Assembly (NCBI GenBank): GCA_013239625.1
Contig: MU053934.1
Span: forward strand, 651,285-715,284
Length of the DNA: 64,000 nt
DNA from: Lama guanicoe
Taxonomy: Eukaryota
Reading direction: 5' to 3'
This document shows positions 62,571-64,000 of the stretch, piece after piece. The position numbers were made by a program, and so were the translations under genes. The notes beneath the pieces are model-generated. The model saw nothing but the letters and a program-made list of their open reading frames with translations. It searched no databases and was not told where the DNA came from. How positions within the stretch are numbered: position 1 is the stretch's first letter; every line of letters starts with the position of its first letter.

Positions 62571-64000
62571 TTTTCCCTAAGTTCCAGTTTATATCTAGTG
62601 GAACCAGCCTTTGCATCAGCCTCTCCAGCAGTAGCTTCTAGTGGACTTGCTGTTGGATTTTGCATGGAACTAGGCTTGGAGAGGAGGATGTGAAGGTTGA
62701 GGAAATGTCTGAGTCAGAAGCAAGCATTCATCAAATGACTCATGAGTTTGCTGCCACAGAAATGGAGTTAAAATTCTCCACGCACAGAATCAAATCTTGA
62801 TAAATTACAGTCCTACATCTTTCAAACCCTTCCCATCCCCTAACTCCAAAGTAATGAACCATTCAGAGAAAACTCAGGATTCTTCAAGGTAGAGGGCAGA
62901 GCATTCCTTTTGGTAGGAGGTATGTACCAGAGCTTTTTGAAGAGGGATGGCCCTTTAAAGCCATCTCTGATTGAATTTGCCCCACATTGGGAGATAAATA
63001 TCATTTCTTATGTTGACGACAAACCCTAGCCGAGCTGGTGTTCCTAGCCACACAGTCTCCCTGTGCTTTGGAAGACTGCCACATGCCTCTCTAGCTTCAC
63101 GAACACACAGCGTTAATGCCACAGCCTAAATGGGTTTTTTAAAAAGAGGAAATGGATCTTTGGTGGTCTGCTGAATTTCAGTTTGGAGAAGGTGATGAGG
63201 GAGCGCTTCTGTTTGCTGCTCTGCCTCAGTGCATTTGGTGCAGGTGTTTAACTTCTGTGGGGTCTTTCACACCCTAAGCAATATATGCTGTTTTGGGTAT
63301 CATTGTTGCCATGGAAATTGTTTGAAAACCGTAAGGTAACACACAAACAAAAACAGAACTTTGACTCACATGGTTGATTCCACATTCTTTTCCTTTGGAC
63401 TTTTTTTTAATATATTAATTATTGCGTCCATCTGGCATTGTCTTTTTGCATTTATATCAATTCGGAGAGCAGTACCCCTGATTCTCTGCACTTCTTAACC
63501 TGGTCTGAGCCCCTGTGAAGATTGTGTCTTAGTAGGAATTACCTTTTATCATCTCTCTTCTGTACTTGATCCATTCATACCAAGGTTAATTCTTTCTGTC
63601 TGTCTATCATTCTTGTGGATTTAGAAAGAGGTCTGGCATGAGCTGGAAATAAAACTTAAGGTTTAAGCTTTATGGTAGGACTTGATTAAAATTATGTTTA
63701 TAGTGGACTTTGAGGTGATATGACAGGTCAGGAAGCAGAAATTATGGTTCAAACTTCATTTGAAGTTAAAAAAAAAGGTTGAAGATTGGGTCTGGCCATT
63801 TATGGAGACTGAATGTTGTTTTTATGAATCAAATTTGAAAATGTAAACATGATGTCTATAAAACTGTTATGATGTAACGGAAGAGCAAAGTCTTTCTAGC
63901 TCTGGGAGCAGGTGAGCCGGTTGAAGTGAGAGAGCTGGGAAGAACTGAAGTGTAATCCAATGACTATTTCCTGTTTTATCACCTCTAAAAGAGATACGTT

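Overview
Mammalian non-coding DNA (intergenic or deep intronic) rich in transposable elements. I found no protein-coding exon I can identify, and the supplied ORFs are chance ORFs or L1 remnants. Two tRNA-Ala-derived SINEs and the young L1 3' UTRs resemble camelid families, so the source is probably a camel, alpaca or llama (inference from recalled repeat consensus, no database search run). Contents: the 5' UTR of a young minus-strand L1 with a 16-bp GC-rich tandem array at the left edge; five ERV1-type solo LTRs between 13 and 30 kb (three with clean 4-bp TSDs); MaLR/ERVL LTRs; hAT-Charlie MITEs; and many L1, L2 and MIR fragments. The most unusual structure is at 25650-28453. A composite LTR-in-LTR (26444-27649) is flanked base-to-base by two ~0.8-kb direct copies of host DNA instead of a 4-bp TSD. 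The copies show mosaic, gene-conversion-like identity, and the older outer LTR has kept a CpG-rich promoter with a perfect ETS motif. Other observations: re-use of L1 target sites, a twin-primed L1, candidate minus-strand spliced exons and several motif-dense enhancer candidates. Repeat subfamily names are by eye, and boundaries of old repeats are approximate.
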